From: Pocillopora damicornis
Taxonomy: Eukaryota
Reading direction: 5' to 3'
DNA: 64,000 nt
Assembly (NCBI RefSeq): GCF_003704095.1
Contig: NW_020843620.1
Location: 1-64,000 of the forward strand
The first letter of the stretch is position 1; the number at the start of each line of letters is the position of its first letter. Positions 61,101 through 64,000 of the stretch are shown here, piece after piece. The notes under the pieces are model-generated. The model did not search any database and was not told the DNA's origin. It saw only the letters and a list, made by a program, of their open reading frames with translations. Both the position numbers and the translations under genes were made by a program.

Positions 61101-64000
61101 TGATCGTTAGGGAAGTTCTTGATGCTTTCTGTTAAATCGCGATAATTTTTCCTCTCCTACCCTATGTTTGAGAAGTCATACACCGTGCGAGAGACGTGAA
61201 TTTAATACTCTTTGTACCATGAAGAGGACGGAAATGGAATGGGTTTGTCAGTGACTCGTTAATTTATTGTTCCTGTGGAAAACGTAATGATACTTTATTG
61301 TTTTGTTTTCTGTCAGGTCCTGGTTGTTATCACGGACAGGAAATCTGGCTCAAATGTTGGTGACGTCAGGACAGCAGCCAAGCTCCTGGAGCATGCTGGG
61401 ATAACGGTGATTCCGGTGGCGATCGGTACAGAGGCCGATACGAAAGAATTGGAAATTATAACTCCTGACAAAGAGACCATCATACAACCAAAAGATGGAA
61501 CTTCGGCGACTGAATTGGCCAGGATGATCATGGAGATGATTCGCACAGGTATCAGGAGATTAAATGATAAATTATAAAATAAGAAAGCTTTCGATTTATT
61601 TCATTTCCTCCCCCCCCTTGCAGTAGAAAAGGAGTTAGGAGGAGAGAGCGTTGCGTTGCATTTTACACAAAGGCTGTGACTTAGGTGACATAGACTATTA
61701 CCTTCCTGAATTACGCTCGAAACAGTTGTCTAGAAACTACATTGACTCACTCGCTTTTCATGTCTCGGGTGTGCCTTAGAAGTTTGACAATGACGGAACT
61801 ATAAACCCTCTCCCTCCCCCTCTTAATATCTCTGGCTATATCCATCTGAGGACTTCATTTCAAAGCATACATTCAGATCATAATTATCAAGTCAAACTAT
61901 GGTTCATGTCGATATTTCCATTGTTTAGTTCAAGCTATCCCTGAGATTGATCTTGGTTTCGCGTTGAGTGCAGCCAGTACACTTTATAACGAAACATTTC
62001 AGCTAATGAAGGATGTGATAAACTACATCATCGTCACCTATGGCACCCAGAAAATACACTACAGTGTCATTGTGTACAGTGAAACTGCATCGATAGAAAT
62101 TAAATTTGGGCAGACACCTCCGTCACCACAGCAACTCAAGACAGTTGTAGAAAACCTCAATATTGGCACGGGGACACCAGACTTGGCAGCCGCGCTGAGG
62201 AAAGCATCAGAAATGTTTGATGATGACGAAAGGAGACCCCTTACTCGTAAAGTTCTTGTGATCATGGCAGATAGTAGTTCTGGGTCTACTGTGGATGACG
62301 TTAAAACAGCAGCCAAGCCTCTTGTGGATACGGATGTTTTGGTTATACCTGTTGTGGTCGGTGAAGAAGGAGACCCTGATGAGCTCGTTAACACGACACC
62401 TGACAAGACGAATGTTATTGAGACTGGAAAAGAAACGGATCCTGAGGTGGTAGGAGAGAAGATTATGGACAAGATTCGAGGTAGAAAAAGGAATTAATTA
62501 TCCCCCTTCTCTCCCCGTCACCCCCTTCCCCCCAAAATGAAAAAAGTGGCTATGAACTCCTCTGTCCTCGAAATGTGAAAACTAATTCGCCAAACTGGTG
62601 ACAAAGTATCTCCTTGTCAGTCAATAACGGAGAGTTTTCTGAGTTTTATCGACTGAAAAGATTATCAGTAGTGTTATTGAAGGAATTACACTGGTTAACG
62701 GCGAAGCGGTGTATGTGTGAGTGTTTATGAGTGTTTTGAAAGGGGGAAGGCTTAAGTCTTCCCACACCAAACTTTGTTGGAATTCGATAATAGGTACGAT
62801 GAATACTGAGTGAACGAACTACACCAGAAGCATTTTGGTACATTTTGTGCAGTGGCCGGTATGGGTTTGGCCCCCACCCCCCTCCTCACAGCCCGCAACT
62901 TAATAGGGATTTTACTGTACCTAGAGAGAGGTATTAACTGAAGTGCTTTTATTGGCCTCTCTGAAGGAAAAATTTATGAATTGTCTCTTTTAGATGGACC
63001 TTCAGTCTCAGAGGTTGACCTCGCTTTCGCCATTAGCGCTACCGCAACAGATGCAGATGAGACATTCAGTCGCATCAAAGAAACAACAAAGTATATTGTG
63101 AATAAATATGGAACAGACAAGATTCATCATGGTCTGTTGGTGTTTGGCAATGCACCCAGCCGTGTTAGGGACTTCAGGCGAGACGCGTTCACTCGAGAAG
63201 AAATGATACGACTTTTGGATTCTGTACCAAGAAGTTCAACAGGTGACATGTTAACTCCCTGGGATCTCGATCTCTCAGTATTTTTGACCCCTAGGACCTT
63301 GCACTCCCGGTATTTTGAACCCCTTAGGATCTCGACCTTCCGGTATTTGAACCCCTGAGATCTCGAACTCTCGGTGCTTTGAACCCCCGTGGATCTCGAA
63401 CTCCTGCTATTTTAAGCCCTTTGAGGTCTCGATCACGATTAATTTTGAACCTCCCATCCCCGCCAATTGTAGCTGAATCCTCCGCTTTTTTCAAACTCCC
63501 CGGTATGTTAAGCTTTTGACCTCTCTGGGGTATCATTAATATATCAAAGAAATAAAGTGAATCAAGATTTCAGTCTTCAATATCCTTTACATCAACGGGA
63601 AAAAAAAATTGTCACAACACTTCAAAATTACAAGAATTCCTTTCAGATAAGTTTAGCAGACTTGAGTAAGATTTGAGATAAACAAACTGTATTTCTATTT
63701 TAAATAACGTTCTTCGTGATGATAGCGTGGTACTAAAAAATTCGACACGATTTCAATCAACGAAACACTTCTACTGTTTTTTTTTTTCCCTATGGTGGTT
63801 TGTCTCTTATTTTGCATTCACGCATTTTAAAGGTATATTTTTCGTATCTCTACTTAGGACCTGACCTTCAGAAAGCTTTAGAAGAATCAGTGAAGTTATT
63901 CGAAGGACCTGGAGCTCGACCAACTGCTCGGAAAATTCTGGTCGTGATAATGGATAAGAGGTCTGGTGTCGACGAAACAAAACTGGGCGAGATTTCGAAT
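42725..64000 (+). CDS. Large secreted extracellular-matrix mosaic protein: SP-NtA-FS/Kazal-GON-FS-vWA-FS-FS-vWA-FS-vWA x6+ (agrin-like N-terminus, collagen VI-like vWA array); runs off the window
   Basis: Frame-consistent GT-AG exons: 42725-43124, 45977-46234, 47138-47776, 48473-48685, 49428-49768, 50597-50831, 51288-51503, 52280-52501, 53883-54428, 55233-55445, 56188-56597, 57624-57783, 58547-59089, 59642-60199, 60346-60665, 61317-61548, 61929-62480, 62994-63242, 63858-64000+. Confidence 0.85.
45977..46234 (+). CDS. Follistatin/Kazal domain 1 exon
   Basis: PCNESNCRYGGVC...CLCRIYCARQYDPVCGTDSKTYNNPCLMRAASC...KCG. Confidence 0.9.
46255..46520 (+). mobile_element. Second HINE-like element, related to 32420-32678
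   Basis: ttagcggagcccc near the 5' part; the 3' end gagcccccgtttaaggctggctaaatctttatat matches the 3' end of the 32.4-kb element. Confidence 0.45.
46914..47085. mobile_element. Decayed Tc1/pogo-type MITE
   Basis: cagtggaagccctctaactagaactcc at the left and ggagtttgagttagcggggttctacca at the right; internal ctaactcgaac repeats. Confidence 0.55.
47138..47776 (+). CDS. GON domain exon (ADAMTS9/20/GON-1 C-terminal type)
   Basis: SC..DGEYLI..KVYCHGMNTSTPKEFVTL..NNYAYIY..RL..AGLTKFRKVRVD..DYTFA..YGTAGDCFS..GHFKIDLTRTGL..CGGWCGRCRP. Confidence 0.85.
48473..48685 (+). CDS. Follistatin/Kazal domain 2 exon
   Basis: PCQSIVCEFYSIC...CECPSNCSKGNSPVCGSDGKTYENECEL..SC..ACG. Confidence 0.9.
49026..49235. 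mobile_element. MITE subfamily A copy, inverted
   Basis: Reverse complement of the 18161 element: cctttacatcctaacatcagtatgcatatt...gtaaaggttaa. Confidence 0.75.
49260..49375 (-). mobile_element. Decayed tRNA-headed repeat fragment
   Basis: Minus-strand ggcttcatagctcagttggt resembles an A box/D arm; the remainder is degenerate. Confidence 0.4.
49428..50831 (+). CDS. Divergent vWA domain 1 (exons 49428-49768, 50597-50831)
   Basis: PVHLMFGID...FPKAIVLITDG...LKDAGIKVVVLLVG...IASG. Confidence 0.8.
51288..52501 (+). CDS. Follistatin/Kazal domains 3 and 4 (exons 51288-51503, 52280-52501)
   Basis: PVCGSDGQTY and RVCGTDGLSYDNIC motifs, each with an N-terminal FOLN Cys cluster. Confidence 0.88.
51628..51696 (+). 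repeat. 10-bp minisatellite (ggccaaggat)n, about 6-7 units
   Basis: ggccaagtag ggccaaagat ggccaaggat agccaagaat ggccaaggat ggccaaggat ggccgaagg. Confidence 0.9.
51780..51982. mobile_element. MITE subfamily B copy
   Basis: Colinear with 35057-35269. Confidence 0.7.
52631..52795. mobile_element. Foldback MITE-like element
   Basis: agattccatgttgccctgggtctgatcagtaatag at the left is inverted as ctattactgaacagacgctcggtaac..acatggaatct at the right. Confidence 0.6.
53883..54428 (+). CDS. vWA domain 2 exon
   Basis: PVDLVFALG...VHVAIIDYS...KALIVLT...GVRIVAVAVG. Confidence 0.88.
54615..54812. mobile_element. MITE subfamily B copy, apparently nested in an older element (about 54543-55162)
   Basis: Colinear with 35057-35269. 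The host has tataagcmccc motifs on both sides, including a 16-bp tandem (ggatataagccccctc) at about 55060-55105, and ends in tttacggt. Confidence 0.65.
55233..55445 (+). CDS. Follistatin/Kazal domain 5 exon (not in the ORF track)
   Basis: DPCENKVCEHYAQCVSYADGSTQCACDEKCAKIEDPVCGTDGRDYTNECVLKATACRESRDVEVADTKPCG, between tctgtag and G|gtgaac. Confidence 0.9.
55968..56102. mobile_element. Foldback MITE-like element
   Basis: tgcttgtagatatgaaatttcttttcttgctatcaactc forms an imperfect inverted pair with gagttgaatacgagaagataaatgtcttatcaacaagca. Confidence 0.5.
56188..57783 (+). CDS. vWA domain 3 with intact MIDAS motif (exons 56188-56597, 57624-57783)
   Basis: DIGVVLDSSRSV...GRTRTDKA...LIVLTDG...GVQVLAVGVG. 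Confidence 0.9.
57381..57591. mobile_element. MITE subfamily A copy
   Basis: Colinear with 18161-18362. Confidence 0.8.
58276..58479. mobile_element. MITE with TAGACTAC-type termini and a central 34-bp palindrome
   Basis: tagactacatgcagtctcctttt at the left and aaaaggagggactacttgtaggcta at the right; centre aactctgggagtgaggt|acctcactccgagagtt (58352-58385). Confidence 0.6.
58547..64000 (+). CDS. Tandem vWA domains 4-8 lacking the canonical MIDAS motif
   Basis: Repeated DLxFAIS/LS...Y..I.Y..IV(Y/F)G...KVLVV.TD..S...VI.VA.G.E.D..EL units in seven exons. Confidence 0.9.
63245..63455 (+). repeat. Degenerate ~31-bp minisatellite (ggatctcgaactcccggtattttgaacccct)
   Basis: About six units directly after the exon donor at 63242. 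A more decayed related tract lies at about 55540-55725. Confidence 0.75.

Noticed and set aside
42725-64000. Calling the matrix gene AGRN or COL6A
   Set aside because: No laminin-EGF, SEA, LamG or Gly-X-Y segments are visible, and GON plus interleaved vWA domains do not match either gene, so no symbol was assigned.

Overview
Eukaryotic, intron-rich, AT-rich animal DNA. Gene content and repeat families suggest a cnidarian, probably a stony coral (inference, not verified). There are two 100-N scaffold gaps. All recognisable genes are on the + strand: (1) an intronless 523-aa Ser-rich orphan ORF with an N-terminal MGNC acylation motif (5744-7315); (2) a PLEKHG5/Syx-like RhoGEF reconstructed as 24 coding exons (11313-31367) with a Cys/His N-terminus, RBD-like, DH and PH domains and a long disordered tail, plus a probable alternative last exon (35392-35404) that adds a PDZ-type C-terminus; (3) BCAS2/SPF27 (38249-39708), whose middle exons are missing at a gap; (4) the first 19 coding exons of a very large secreted mosaic protein (42725 to beyond 64000) with the architecture signal peptide-NtA-FS/Kazal-GON-FS-vWA-FS-FS-vWA-FS-vWA x6+. 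Introns and intergenic DNA carry many TTAA-ended MITEs, other MITEs, a tRNA-headed SINE, Helentron/HINE-like elements, a decayed hammerhead-ribozyme element and a degenerate array of 20-bp palindromic units upstream of BCAS2. Exon boundaries were read by eye from GT/AG signals and frame continuity; similarities to known proteins and repeats are from recall, not database searches.
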